Notes: generated by a model from the letters alone, not told the origin. Positions 1 through 10,374 are shown, numbered from the stretch's first letter. The stretch is DNA of 64,000 bases from an uncultured Verrucomicrobiae bacterium (GCA_963815455.1 CAWFGO010000001.1:736001-800000), one strand, 5' to 3'. A program made the numbers and translations.

Positions 1-481
1 TCAAGATGACGTTGATTTGGTTGACGCTGTTGTTGATGTAGACAAGAAACAAGTTCCCGAACGTGTCCCACGCTGCCTGCCCGTCGCAGCAGGCCACACC
101 CGTGGCTACGGTGCCACGCGTCCAGGTCGCACCGCCGTTAGTCGAGTACGCGCGGAAAATGCTGTTCTCGCTGGCCAGGTTCGAAAAGGCCACGAGGTTG
201 TTTGGATTCGTCGGGTTGACGACAACGTGACTCTCAGACTCGTTGCCCGCCCGGACGCTGACGTTTACCACCGGCACCAGGCAGGCCGCCGGCTCCGCCG
301 GTTTTAACAGTTCGGATACTATCGGGAGCCGGTTCTTGGGTTTAATGCATTTGCGTGTGCCCTCGGGCACATTCTTGTCCTGGTTCGCCGGCAGCATCAC
401 TTGGGCGTCCAACGTGCACTTGCCAGGCGTGAGGAATGTGAAAACCGCGGAAAGCGCAACGAGGGCGAGGCGTTTTTTCAT
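1..481 (-). CDS. Secreted BNR/Asp-box (sialidase-like beta-propeller) protein, N-terminal part only; runs off the window edge
   Basis: Manual translation from ATG at 481: MKKRLALVALSAVFTFLTPG signal peptide ... NESESHVVVNPTNPNNLVAFSN ... YSTNGGATWT (Asp-box) ... CCDGQAAWDTFGNLFLVY. Open to position 1 and absent from the ORF track. Confidence 0.75.
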   Translation of the reverse strand, partial: MKKRLALVALSAVFTFLTPGKCTLDAQVMLPANQDKNVPEGTRKCIKPKNRLPIVSELLKPAEPAACLVPVVNVSVRAGNESESHVVVNPTNPNNLVAFSNLASENSIFRAYSTNGGATWTRGTVATGVACCDGQAAWDTFGNLFLVYINNSVNQINVIL

Positions 482-591
482 ATGGGATTTTGGCCACGAG
501 GGCTAAATCATTTTCGAACCAATGTCGAGCCAATTCACGAAGACAGCGGAACCCCGTTGAGGTCTTTTTCCCTTGCGGCGACAAACTGTCA

Positions 592-620
592 TTGACAATT
601 GATACCCACTCAGATGGAAT
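592..620 (+). promoter_or_regulatory. Sigma70-like promoter for the 627 ORF (probably leaderless), overlapped by the palindrome TGTCA-T-TGACA
   Basis: TTGACA (592-597), 17-nt spacer, TGGAAT (615-620); ATG at 627. Confidence 0.55.
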
Positions 621-626
621 GAAAAA

Positions 627-1049
627 ATGAAACCCCAACGATTAATTTTAGCCCTGCTTGCGCTAACATTTGTTTTGGGTCCGCAATTGCCCGGAACCGC
701 ATCGGCGAAGGATAACAAGAAATACACTGCCAGACTGATCTCGCCGAGACCGGGAGAGGTTTTGATTCCTGGAAAAGTTGTGAGGATTGAATGGGCGGCG
801 GATTTTCCAGACGTGGACCTGTCGATGTGTGAGACGGAAGTTCTGCTTTCGCTCGATGGTGGCCGGACGATCTACGCGCTTCTGACGGAGCAGCGTAACC
901 CGAATGTGCATTATTTCGATTGGACCGTCCCGAATACGCCTACCAGCACAGCGGTGCTGGACATTCGCTTTGGCTGCCTGAATCTTTACCCGGAAACGTC
1001 AAGCCTTCAGGTTCAATCCGCTTTTACGATCGGCCCGGCGACGAATTGA
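627..1049 (+). CDS. Secreted hypothetical protein (Ig-like domain with an SxDGGxT motif)
   Basis: Signal peptide MKPQRLILALLALTFVLG...ASA; motifs LISPRPGEVL, LSLDGGRT and FDWTVP. Confidence 0.7.
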   Translation: MKPQRLILALLALTFVLGPQLPGTASAKDNKKYTARLISPRPGEVLIPGKVVRIEWAADFPDVDLSMCETEVLLSLDGGRTIYALLTEQRNPNVHYFDWTVPNTPTSTAVLDIRFGCLNLYPETSSLQVQSAFTIGPATN

Positions 1050-1093
1050 TTTTTTTGGTGCCTTGCCGCGGGATCAGACTATAGCCGTCTTCG

Positions 1094-1510
1094 TTGTCCC
1101 TCAGAGTGAGAATCATACTTTCGACCCTAGCAGCACTGGGCCTTCTGGCTGTTCCCGCCACGGCGCCGGCGCAAGTGACCAGTGGAGAACAGCCTCCCCA
1201 TTCGGCGCACGCACCCTCAAAAGCGGATGCCGCATCACTCCAGAAAAAAGCCGCCGATGCCCAAGCCCGGATTCAGTCCAATCAGAACGACCGCGACCAG
1301 CTAATGAAAGCGGTCAAGACGAACGAGGTGGGGTTGGCCAAACAAGTCCTCCTCAGAAACGGATTCACCCCTGTCGATTTGGAAAATGCGAAGATTACTC
1401 TACGGACGGGCGGCGGAAAGGGAGGCAAAGACGAAATAGAAATCACTGCCACCTGTTGTGATCCAAAGGAAATCACAATCCAGCGATCCCTGGAGTACTT
1501 CACCAAATAG
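1094..1510 (+). CDS. Secreted hypothetical protein
   Basis: Signal peptide (RIILSTLAALGLLAVPATAPA); 138-aa ORF; exact start uncertain. Confidence 0.65.
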   Translation: MSLRVRIILSTLAALGLLAVPATAPAQVTSGEQPPHSAHAPSKADAASLQKKAADAQARIQSNQNDRDQLMKAVKTNEVGLAKQVLLRNGFTPVDLENAKITLRTGGGKGGKDEIEITATCCDPKEITIQRSLEYFTK

Positions 1511-1580
1511 CCGTCACGGAAAATCCGGCGCACCTTGTCACTCCCGGTGGAGCGAGCCGCCTCCCTGTGCCGGGCGCAGG

Positions 1581-1605
1581 CCGGCGGCAGAGCGCCGCGG
1601 CTACA
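1581..1605 (-). repeat. GTAG-type REP-like palindrome
   Basis: Minus strand reads TGTAGCCGCGGCGCTCTGCCGCCGG (GTAG followed by a GC hairpin); related copies at 18432, 38386, 41772 and 63968. Confidence 0.55.
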
Positions 1606-1612
1606 ACAATTT

Positions 1613-1639
1613 CTTCGTGTCCTTCGTGTCCTTCGTGGT
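1613..1639 (+). repeat. 9-nt tandem repeat (CTTCGTGTC)2-CTTCGTGGT upstream of thrS
   Basis: Visible directly; a related reverse-complement array lies at about 37921-37951. Confidence 0.7.
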
Positions 1640-1642
1640 TAA

Positions 1643-3751
1643 TTGCTCCCGTTTATGCAGGAAGACCGCAAAACTCTAGACCAACGCGCGACGATGACGG
1701 ACTTGGAACGTCTTCGCCATTCGGCATCGCATGTTCTCGCCACCGCGATTCTAAAAATCTGGCCGGAGGCCCAATTCGCCGCCGGTCCGCCGGTCGAGAA
1801 CGGTTTTTATTACGATGTCGATCTTCCCCACCGGATTTCGCCTGACGACTTCGAAAAGATCGAGGCCGAGATGAAGAAGGAAATCAAGGCCAATCATCCG
1901 TTCGAAAAGATCGAAGTCTCCCGCGACGAAGCTTTGGCCATGGCGAAACGCGGTGAACTTGGTGCCCTTGGTGCGAGGTCCGAGCCGAGCAAGTTCAAGA
2001 TCGACATCATCGAGAACATCCCGGCGGATGAGAAAATCTCGCTCTATCGCAACGGCGATTTCCTCGATCTCTGCGCCGGCCCCCACGTGATGCGCACCGG
2101 AAACGTCGGCGCGTTCAAACTGACGCACGTCGCGAGCGCCTATTACAAAGGCGACGAAAAGAATCCGCAGCTCCAACGCATTTACGGCACCGCTTTCAAA
2201 AACAAGACGCAGCTCGACGAATATTTCGCCATGCTCGAGGAAGCGAAGAAACGCGACCATCGCAAGCTCGGCAAAGAACTGGAGATTTACATCATCGACG
2301 ACGACGTCGGCCCCGGGTTGCCGCTGTGGCTTCCGCGCGGCGCCGCCATGATCGAAGAACTGGAGAGGCTCGCCAAGGAAACCGAGTTCGCCGCCGGCTA
2401 TCTACGCGTGCGCACGCCGCATATCGCGCGCGAAAGTCTCTATCTAAAAGAGCGGACATCTTCCTTACTACTAGGGAGTCAATGTTTCCGCCGATGCCGG
2501 TCGAGAAAACACGAAGAATATCGCATTGGGCCGCTTGTTTTGAGCGAGGGAGAAGCAAAGGGCGATTTGGACACTCACGAGAAGGCGGTAAAGGCATTCA
2601 TGCCTGATTTGGATACGCCCGGACATCCGCGAGTCGATGAGCAAAATGACTCAGCGAGGAAATTGATCAGATTATTGAGGAGCGAATGTTCGAAAATGGG
2701 GCGACAGAAGTTAACAAAGCCTTTAACAGAGGTGCCATTGATAATTGGTTATCAATGGTAATGCTGACCCAAATAGCGCCGATTGAAGATCGCTATTTTC
2801 TCAAAGCGATGAACTGTCCGCATCATCACAAGTTGTTTGCGGCGGTTCCTCGGAGTTATCGCGATCTGCCGCTGCGGCTGGCAGAGTACGGGACCTGTTA
2901 TCGCTACGAGCAGAGCGGTGAATTGATCGGACTCATGCGGGTGCGCTCGATGCAGATGAACGACGCGCACATTTATATGCACGCCGGAGCAGTTCGAAAC
3001 CGAGTTCAACGCCGTGAACGAGATGTATCTGAAATATTTCAAGCTCTTCGGGATCGAGAAATATCTGATGCGTTTCTCGACCCACGATCCGGCCAAGCTC
3101 GGACAAAAATTTGTCGATGAACCGGAGCTTTGGAAACAAACCGAAGAAATGACCCGCAACGTTCTCAAGAATTCCGGGATCAATTACGTCGAGGTGCCAA
3201 ACGAAGCGGCGTTTTACGGACCGAAGATCGACGTGCAAGCCTGGAGCGCGATCGGGCGGGAATTTTCCATCGCCACCAACCAGGTCGATTTCGCGCAGCC
3301 GCGCCGGTTCGAGCTCGTTTACAAAGACAAGGACAACACCGAGAAAACGCCGCTCTGCATCCATCGCGCCCCGCTCGGCACCCACGAACGATTCATCGGC
3401 TTCCTGATCGAACATTACGCCGGCAATTTCCCGCTTTGGTTATCCCCGGAACAGGTCCGCATCCTCACCATCGGCGACGACGCGAAGCTGATCGATTATT
3501 CGATGTCGATCTTAAATGAGTTGCGCGCACATCAAGTCCGCGCCGAGATCGACAAGAGCACCGATCAAATCAACGGCAAAATCCAGCGCGCCGAACAAAT
3601 GAAAGTCCACACCATGTTCGTGATCGGAAAACGCGACCTCGAGGCAGACGCCGTCAGCGTCCGCGTTCACGGCAAGGGAAATCTCGGCGCCAAACCGCGC
3701 GCGGAAGCGATCGAGGACATTTTGCTGTCGATCAAGGAACGACGCAGTTAG
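1643..3751 (+). CDS. thrS: Threonine--tRNA ligase (no TGS domain), split by several apparent frameshifts and carrying a ~95-aa insertion
   Basis: Motifs across three frames: [92 protein letters not shown]. Confidence 0.95.
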
Positions 3752-3759
3752 ACTGGGGA

Positions 3760-6700
3760 ATGCTTCGGGCCTGGCGCTCAGTTAGCGTCACGATTGTTGC
3801 GCTCTGGACATCCGCGACATTTCTCTCCTCCGCAGACAAGCCGGGAGCGTATACCAAACTCCCTGCAGACCAGGCCGTGGCCCAGTTGTTCGACAGTCCT
3901 GCACCGCCGGTCGATTGGCGGGAATATCTTCGCCAGCATCCGCTAAAGCGGAATATTCCGGCCAAGAACGCTCCTCTTGACGACGTTCTGGAATACTGGC
4001 GTTACGCCGCGGACGAACCCCCGCCCGACGCAGACACGCAACAACGATTGCTTGAAGTATGCGAGCGCGACCCGGACGAATTGCCCGACTTTGCGCGTTT
4101 CTTTGGCAAAGCGTCGATCGACACTCAGGAACGATTGAAGCGAATTTACGACCGAACCTCGTCGAAACACACGGCAAAAGCTGAGGATCTCGCGCGAAAT
4201 TTTCATGACTGGCTGATGAAACACACGCGTTACTTTCGCGAAGACTTTATCAAGAGAGTCTTTCCGGCCGAAGACGGATTGCGAATTGCGGCGACAGAGA
4301 ACGAACTAGAAGCCTTCATCAACCTCGACCGCGAATCAGCGCGCAGCCATTTGATTGAGCAAGCAAAAAGCGCTGACGAATCGCTGCGTATCTCCGCCCT
4401 TTCATTGCTCTTCGAATATTTTGGCACCGATGCCGACGCGGAGTCATGGCGAAAGGAACTTTGCGCGATGGCCACGGATCGGGATAAGCCTACGGATCTT
4501 CTAGAAAAGGCGATTTTCGGTGCAATGAAACGTCCCTGGCCCGGCCGGGAAAAATGGTTCACGAGACTATTCGAAGATCGGCAATTGCTTCATCCGGACA
4601 AGCCCGCGGACATGAATGCGCTGGCCAAGTGTGTCGCGCGTGAGCCCGATCGATTGATTGCATTGGTTACGCCTTTGGTGGTCTCAGCCAACGTGACCAT
4701 TCGCGACAACGCGGTCCAGTGCCTGGTCCAATTCGACAATGCAGAAAAGGCCCGGGCTGATGCACTGCGTCCATTGTTACCGTGGCTGACAAATAAACGT
4801 TGGGCTGACGACGTCGACGGTTTTGAGCGTTCCTCTTTGTTCCGCGCGTTGACTTTGACAAATCTGCCGGAGTGCGCGCCGCTTCTCCCGAAGTGCATAG
4901 AAAGCGAAACCGGCGCGCAGCTCGAGTATGCGCTGGATGCGTCGGTGCATTATCGTGTGAGCGATGCAATTGCTCCCATGCGACGAAGAATAAAGCACGA
5001 GCGGAATGATGAATATCGCACCGCGTTAATGTCGGCGCTGTTTCACCTGAATGGCTTAAAACCGAGCGAGATCTCAGATTGCCTGAGGCCATATGTCGAG
5101 AAGGTCGCGGACAAGCTCGAAGAATGGGGTGGCTCGGATTATTATTCATGGTCGGCGGTGGATAAGCATGGAGTGGATTGGCATGCGGAAGTCGGGTACA
5201 AAATCGCGTCGAGCGTCACGGGAATTGAGGCCGCGGCGAAAGTCGTGCTCGATCTGGCCCATCAAGAGGAGGCGAAAAACCCGATTGCTTCCGAACATCT
5301 TTACTGCCTGGCGTTGAAATGGCCGACATCGATCAGAAGGCGCGTACTCACGGAGCGATTGCAAGGCGGCGCATTTTCTCCCGCCTGGATTGGAACAGTG
5401 ATTGAGCTAAGGCACGACCTTAAGCAGACACTACACGAAGTAGCCGATCTCAAAGGTTCTGGACAGGGAATTCAAGCGGCGCTGACCGAAGATCAAGGTT
5501 CGATCGAAACGGTATTGAAAGGCACCGATAGCGCGGCGCAAACTGCGGTGTTCGCGTGCGCCCGTCTGGCGCGTGTTTCGATTCCCTTGGATCTTGCGGT
5601 TCGCTTTCTCGATTCGAGCGATCAGCACCTGATGCAAGCGGCCGATAAATATTTTGCGGAAAGCGATTCGCCGAATGCCCGGGCCGAAGCTAAGAAGCGT
5701 GCAGTCAATCGGGCAAGAGTTCTGGGGACGCAACTGAACTTTTCGGCGTTTGCAATGGATCATGGCGCCATCTCGCGGACGGAAGCAGAGCTGAGGGCGT
5801 TTTTTCAGCGATCTGATCCACCACGCGAGATATTTGCTTTGCTCAGTGAAGGCAATTTTGGCAATGACGGGCAACGGGCATTGTTTGTTTACAACAAGCG
5901 GAACGTACTACGCTGCGCGGATGGCAACGGGCGCATGCGCGAACGAGAAGTCTCGCCTGCGGAACTCGATGTTCTTCGCAGTTGGATCGTGAAGAACGAT
6001 GTCGGCAATCTGCCGCCGTATGACGAAGGCACAATGGATGGCATCCAATTGCAATACGTTCACATCACTCCGGATGGAGGAGAGCGCGTCTTCATGAACA
6101 ATCCACCAGGCGGACCCATGGGGGCCGCGAAAGTTCAACCCGGAATTACCGAGCGCCGGCCTGATCCGATCGTTTACTCAGAACTGACCCGCCGGATTAT
6201 GAAGTTGAACGAAGTTCCAATGGCTGTCGTCTATCCAACGCTCAAAAAGCTTGAAGGATACCGCGTTGTTCACGCGAAGGAACAAGGCGAAATTGCATCG
6301 TTGCGGTTTCGCGAAGGCGAACTGTTCGCCGGAGTGACCATTTCGTACGACAAGCCGATTGAGTGGTGCGTCGTCGAAAACGATCATTTGTCGAGGAAGT
6401 TTCGAACGGAACCGCCCAACCCGTTGAAGCGACAGTTGTGGCCTGATTACAATGACTGGGACGACCGCGCTGCGAACGTTGAAGAAGGTCCGTATGCAGG
6501 AAAGCTCCTTTGGCCGGGAACCAGACAAAAAGATAACGTAGATGGCCTTTGGGCTTCGGGTCGGACTGGCCAACCAGACCTCATTGCGCGCGGAATATTC
6601 TACCGCCCGCTAGTTTGCCCTGCCGGTGACTGGATCGTGGTTGCCAAAACTCAAGAAGGCGAGATGTGGAATGCTCCTAATGGGGTTGTGCGAATTCACC

Positions 6701-7164
6701 TTCCTGCAAAGCGCATGTTTCCTGTCGATCTTCCGCCAGCTGATAACTTCGACGCTGTAGCCTGGATTGCCGCGCATAAGCGAGTTTTGCTTTATCGACA
6801 ACGGGATTTGGAAAATTGGACTACTGGACCCGAGAAAGCGGAATTTCATCTTCTCGATCCGGCGACTGGAGCGCACGAAAAAGTTGAGGGCGAGATGCGT
6901 CCTTTCTTCGACGCGGGCAGCCATGAGCTCCAACCAACCGGCAAGCCGAATGAATTTTGGGCCGCGCTGCACTCGAGCATTGTCGATCCTAAATTGCACA
7001 CGACGACCATCGGTCGGTTCGACAGCTACAATTTTCGATTTTCGCCGGTGCTCAGTTTTCCCGATATCGAATTCGACAGCGCGAGCCTTTACGTCGATGG
7101 ACCCGGCCGACAGATCTGGATCGCCGTCAACGGCGATTTGCTCCGCGTTTCGTTGCCAAACTAA
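3760..7164 (+). CDS. Large secreted hypothetical protein (1134 aa): helical HEAT-like N-terminal half, beta-rich C-terminal region
   Basis: Long uninterrupted ORF with an N-terminal signal; helical repeats such as NVTIRDNAVQCLVQF; Trp/Gly/Pro-rich beta-like C-terminus. Confidence 0.8.
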   Translation: MLRAWRSVSVTIVALWTSATFLSSADKPGAYTKLPADQAVAQLFDSPAPPVDWREYLRQHPLKRNIPAKNAPLDDVLEYWRYAADEPPPDADTQQRLLEVCERDPDELPDFARFFGKASIDTQERLKRIYDRTSSKHTAKAEDLARNFHDWLMKHTRYFREDFIKRVFPAEDGLRIAATENELEAFINLDRESARSHLIEQAKSADESLRISALSLLFEYFGTDADAESWRKELCAMATDRDKPTDLLEKAIFGAMKRPWPGREKWFTRLFEDRQLLHPDKPADMNALAKCVAREPDRLIALVTPLVVSANVTIRDNAVQCLVQFDNAEKARADALRPLLPWLTNKRWADDVDGFERSSLFRALTLTNLPECAPLLPKCIESETGAQLEYALDASVHYRVSDAIAPMRRRIKHERNDEYRTALMSALFHLNGLKPSEISDCLRPYVEKVADKLEEWGGSDYYSWSAVDKHGVDWHAEVGYKIASSVTGIEAAAKVVLDLAHQEEAKNPIASEHLYCLALKWPTSIRRRVLTERLQGGAFSPAWIGTVIELRHDLKQTLHEVADLKGSGQGIQAALTEDQGSIETVLKGTDSAAQTAVFACARLARVSIPLDLAVRFLDSSDQHLMQAADKYFAESDSPNARAEAKKRAVNRARVLGTQLNFSAFAMDHGAISRTEAELRAFFQRSDPPREIFALLSEGNFGNDGQRALFVYNKRNVLRCADGNGRMREREVSPAELDVLRSWIVKNDVGNLPPYDEGTMDGIQLQYVHITPDGGERVFMNNPPGGPMGAAKVQPGITERRPDPIVYSELTRRIMKLNEVPMAVVYPTLKKLEGYRVVHAKEQGEIASLRFREGELFAGVTISYDKPIEWCVVENDHLSRKFRTEPPNPLKRQLWPDYNDWDDRAANVEEGPYAGKLLWPGTRQKDNVDGLWASGRTGQPDLIARGIFYRPLVCPAGDWIVVAKTQEGEMWNAPNGVVRIHLPAKRMFPVDLPPADNFDAVAWIAAHKRVLLYRQRDLENWTTGPEKAEFHLLDPATGAHEKVEGEMRPFFDAGSHELQPTGKPNEFWAALHSSIVDPKLHTTTIGRFDSYNFRFSPVLSFPDIEFDSASLYVDGPGRQIWIAVNGDLLRVSLPN

Positions 7165-7264
7165 TGCGTTGCAAAGCCGCGGGGGTCTGACAGTATCCGT
7201 CGCAACCCGCTCAGGAATTGGCAATTGTGGGCTGTAGCGGAAAATCTCTACCCAACCTCATCCC

Positions 7265-7639
7265 ATGAAATTCAAAATCCTATTTACTCTGTTGATCGCT
7301 TGCTCGTTCTCACAAAAAATTCGCGCGGCCGAAGACGATCCGGCCAGGCTGATGCCGCGGAGTTATCGCGTGACTTTGGATAATCGCCAAGTGCGCGTGC
7401 TGAGCGTCACGTTAAGACCAGGCCAGAAGACTCCGATGCACTCGCACCCAGACTCGGTGATTTATGTTCTCAACGGCGGCGTTGTGAAATTCACGGACGA
7501 CAAAGGGAAATCGACTACGGCCCGTATGAGATCGGGACAGACGATTTTCCGCAACGATGAGGACCATATGGTGCAGAATGTCGGAAGACATACGGTTCGC
7601 GTTCTGCAGGTCGAACTAAAAGGCGTCCGCATTTTTTAG
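7265..7639 (+). CDS. Secreted cupin-domain protein
   Basis: Signal peptide; cupin motifs PGQKTPMHSHPD..YVLNGG and H.VQNVG. Confidence 0.8.
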   Translation: MKFKILFTLLIACSFSQKIRAAEDDPARLMPRSYRVTLDNRQVRVLSVTLRPGQKTPMHSHPDSVIYVLNGGVVKFTDDKGKSTTARMRSGQTIFRNDEDHMVQNVGRHTVRVLQVELKGVRIF

Positions 7640-7640
7640 T

Positions 7641-7664
7641 CACGACTGGTAACCGCCAGTCGTG
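7641..7664. terminator. Intergenic hairpin, possible terminator or processing stem
   Basis: CACGACTGG-6 nt-CCAGTCGTG, a perfect 9-bp stem; weak U-tract. Confidence 0.4.
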
Positions 7665-7687
7665 TCTTGCAAAATTTTGTCTGACCC

Positions 7688-8488
7688 ATGAATCGGACGC
7701 TGCTCGGTTTCGTTGTCGGGCTCGGATGTTTGCCCGTTGTGGCGGCATCCGATCTCCATCCCATCGTTGAAGTGCAGACGGGCTATTTCTTTGGCGCAAC
7801 TCGGGATGGCAAATGGATCAAGGCGGCCAAGGCGGCGAAGTCTGTTCAAGATGGAACGCCTTATCGACTCTACGATCTGACCGAAAAGCTCGGTGAAACG
7901 AAGGGCAGCAAACCGAAAGCGGACGAAGAGGTCTGCCCGGATAATTTCAGTATCGCACTGAAGCCGAAGCCGGAAAAAGGCGCCATCGCTCTGGCCGCAT
8001 CGTGGAACGCCCTCCCGCGTAAACCGCTCGTCCTCGATCCTACCCAGCAGGTTTACATCGACGCGGTGCGCGATTTTTTGAAGGGACGCGGCATCAAGAG
8101 CCCGAAGGTGAAGATCAAACGTATTCTGCGCGTTGATTTGGAAGGGGACGGCGAAGAGGAAGTGCTTATCAACGCCACGAATTATCTCAGCGCCGAAGAT
8201 TTGGAAGTGCCGGACACTGCGCCACCGGGAAGTTATTCCATCGTCCTATTGCGACGCGTCGTTGCGGGGAAAGTGAAAACTCAAGTTGTAGCAGGCGAAG
8301 TTCATGCCGACGGAAAAAACGCCAACCCGCCGAACTATTATGAGATCAGCGCGGTTCTCGATCTAAACGGTGATGGCAAACTCGAGATTATCGTGCACTC
8401 CAGCTACTACGAGGGAGGATCGACAATCATTTACCAATGCGATCCGGCCAAGATCACGCCGCTGCTTGAAGTGGCCTGCGGAGTCTGA
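7688..8488 (+). CDS. Secreted hypothetical protein with two FG-GAP-like DxxGDG motifs
   Basis: Signal peptide; VDLEGDGEEEVLI and LDLNGDGKLEII. Confidence 0.75.
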   Translation: MNRTLLGFVVGLGCLPVVAASDLHPIVEVQTGYFFGATRDGKWIKAAKAAKSVQDGTPYRLYDLTEKLGETKGSKPKADEEVCPDNFSIALKPKPEKGAIALAASWNALPRKPLVLDPTQQVYIDAVRDFLKGRGIKSPKVKIKRILRVDLEGDGEEEVLINATNYLSAEDLEVPDTAPPGSYSIVLLRRVVAGKVKTQVVAGEVHADGKNANPPNYYEISAVLDLNGDGKLEIIVHSSYYEGGSTIIYQCDPAKITPLLEVACGV

Positions 8489-8497
8489 GTGAACATT

Positions 8498-8986
8498 ATG
8501 AGCGAGAATGCAAAAGTGATCCATGTCGGGCCGGGCGAAGGCGATGCCTTCTCCGCCGTGGGCGATGTCTATCGTGTGCTCGCATCCGGCGACCAAACCG
8601 CTGGTGTTTATGCGCTTTCCGAAATCCGGGTTTCGCCAAATAACGGGCCACCGCCGCATGTTCATTCTCGTGAGGATGAGGCATTTTTCGTTCTCGAAGG
8701 CGAACTCATGTTTCAAGTTGGCGACGACCAAATCAAGGCCCGGCCCGGCGCTTTTGTTCAAGGACCGCGTGGAATTCCGCACACGTTCAAAAACATTGGC
8801 CAATCCCCGGCGCGAATACTAGTGCTGGTGATGCCGGCGGGATTTGAAAATTTTGTTAAAGAGTTCGCTCAGCGTGTTCCCTCGTTCGATTCGCCGGCGA
8901 TTCCGGTGAGCCAGGCCGAGATCGACAAGTTGCTCGCAGTCGCGCCCAAATACGGAATCCAAATCCTTCCCCCGCCTGCCGCCTAA
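8498..8986 (+). CDS. Cupin-domain protein (quercetin 2,3-dioxygenase-like)
   Basis: GPPPHVHSREDEAFFVLEGEL and PRGIPHTFKN. Confidence 0.85.
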   Translation: MSENAKVIHVGPGEGDAFSAVGDVYRVLASGDQTAGVYALSEIRVSPNNGPPPHVHSREDEAFFVLEGELMFQVGDDQIKARPGAFVQGPRGIPHTFKNIGQSPARILVLVMPAGFENFVKEFAQRVPSFDSPAIPVSQAEIDKLLAVAPKYGIQILPPPAA

Positions 8987-8994
8987 CGCGCTGC

Positions 8995-10374
8995 TCAGTC
9001 CTGCTTTTGCGGGCTCAAGATCATCTTGCGAGCGCCTTCCTCGCCTTTCGGGTTGGCAATGCGAAAGAGCGCAGCCATCATGGCCCGGCCGGCCGGCGTA
9101 AAAATGGGCGTGTGTCCGTTAATGATTTCCTTTGGCACCTGCATGATCCAGTAAGGAGTCCGTTGCGCGGTGTCGGGCCGGGTGATGGTCCACCAATTGA
9201 ATTGGCTCGGATCATTCTTCCTCGGCGTCGCGAAAGTCATGCCGTGCGGGTGCTGAAGGTTTTCTTCGAATGCCGGATTCGGTTCCTCCAATTCCGCGCA
9301 TTGGGTTTGACTGATCCGCGCGGTCATACGGGCCACCTCGGTCGCAGAAGAAGCTTCGGCCGGCGGACCGGCAGGATCGACATGGTGGGTGAAGAGGCGC
9401 TTGTTGTGTCCCGGCGTAATTGTGAGGTATTCATGCTGATCGACCTCCTGACTCAAATTGCCGAATCGATCGTCCCAATGATATTGCCGATGAGCGAAAA
9501 GGTTTGGAAAAAACGTGCCGACTGGGAACCATCCTTGGGTCGCCGTGTCGGTTTTTGAAGTAATGGAAATGAGCAACGGCCGGTTCGGACTAACGGAATC
9601 GCGGTGTCCAATGCGGGCGAACATTTCTCTCATCTCCTTCGCGTAGATGGATTCGCCGGCGGAATTGACCAGCAGAATCAGGTCGGCCGGGGCGTTAAAC
9701 GGACCGCCCCTGGCCTGCACGTCCTGGGCCAGAACACCACCGGTGAGCGCCTGGGCCATGGCCTTTTCCAAAACGAGCGCGCCAAATGAATGTCCAATCA
9801 CCACGCATTTCGATCCGGAATTTTCTCGACGCGCCTGACGTATCAACTCGAAGATCGTTTCTGTCACCGGTGTCCCGGCCACCCTGGTAGCGGCGGCTTT
9901 GCGGCTAAGAAAGGTCAGGTAATCGAGCGGACCGCTGATCAACCGGCCGCGCCAGCCCAGATAAACTCCGTGAACTTGAAAACCAGTCGTGCTCGCGGAA
10001 ACCGCCAGCTCGGAAAGAAGACAACGGAATGTTTCGACATCGCCCGGATTCTTGCCGCCCGGTTTGCGATCGTTGGCGTTGTGATGCCAGCCGTGAATGT
10101 AAATCACCAACAGGACCGGCTTTTTTGTATCGCGAATTTTATTGTTCGCGCGCCCCAGTTGACGGCGATCCCAGAAGTCTCCTTTCTCATCAAATTCGAT
10201 AAATGAAATCCTGTAGGTCCGGCCTTCCGAAATGCTTATTTCATCAAAGGAAGATTTTTGATTCGGGTAATTTTTGTCATCGATACCAAGGAGGCGAAAC
10301 GGTTTGTTCGCGACGCACCCGAAAAGAATGGTCGAGCACGCCAGGGCAACAGCGCTCCGAAGTGGGAAATTCAT
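8995..10374 (-). CDS. Alpha/beta-hydrolase-fold lipoprotein
   Basis: Lipobox ILFGC after ATG 10374; motifs FIEFDEKG, YIHGWHHNA, VYLGWRG and the nucleophile elbow GHSFG. Confidence 0.8.
   Translation of the reverse strand: MNFPLRSAVALACSTILFGCVANKPFRLLGIDDKNYPNQKSSFDEISISEGRTYRISFIEFDEKGDFWDRRQLGRANNKIRDTKKPVLLVIYIHGWHHNANDRKPGGKNPGDVETFRCLLSELAVSASTTGFQVHGVYLGWRGRLISGPLDYLTFLSRKAAATRVAGTPVTETIFELIRQARRENSGSKCVVIGHSFGALVLEKAMAQALTGGVLAQDVQARGGPFNAPADLILLVNSAGESIYAKEMREMFARIGHRDSVSPNRPLLISITSKTDTATQGWFPVGTFFPNLFAHRQYHWDDRFGNLSQEVDQHEYLTITPGHNKRLFTHHVDPAGPPAEASSATEVARMTARISQTQCAELEEPNPAFEENLQHPHGMTFATPRKNDPSQFNWWTITRPDTAQRTPYWIMQVPKEIINGHTPIFTPAGRAMMAALFRIANPKGEEGARKMILSPQKQD

Noticed and set aside
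2472..2474. Apparent in-frame TAG after SGHLPYY in thrS as stop-codon recoding
   Set aside because: The downstream conserved ESMFPPM is in a different frame, so an extra base rather than readthrough explains it.
2497..2785. ThrRS insertion as an intein or self-splicing intron
   Set aside because: No N-terminal C/S or C-terminal HN-C/S/T intein motifs, and no group II intron ends (GUGCG...AY) or recognisable group I core.
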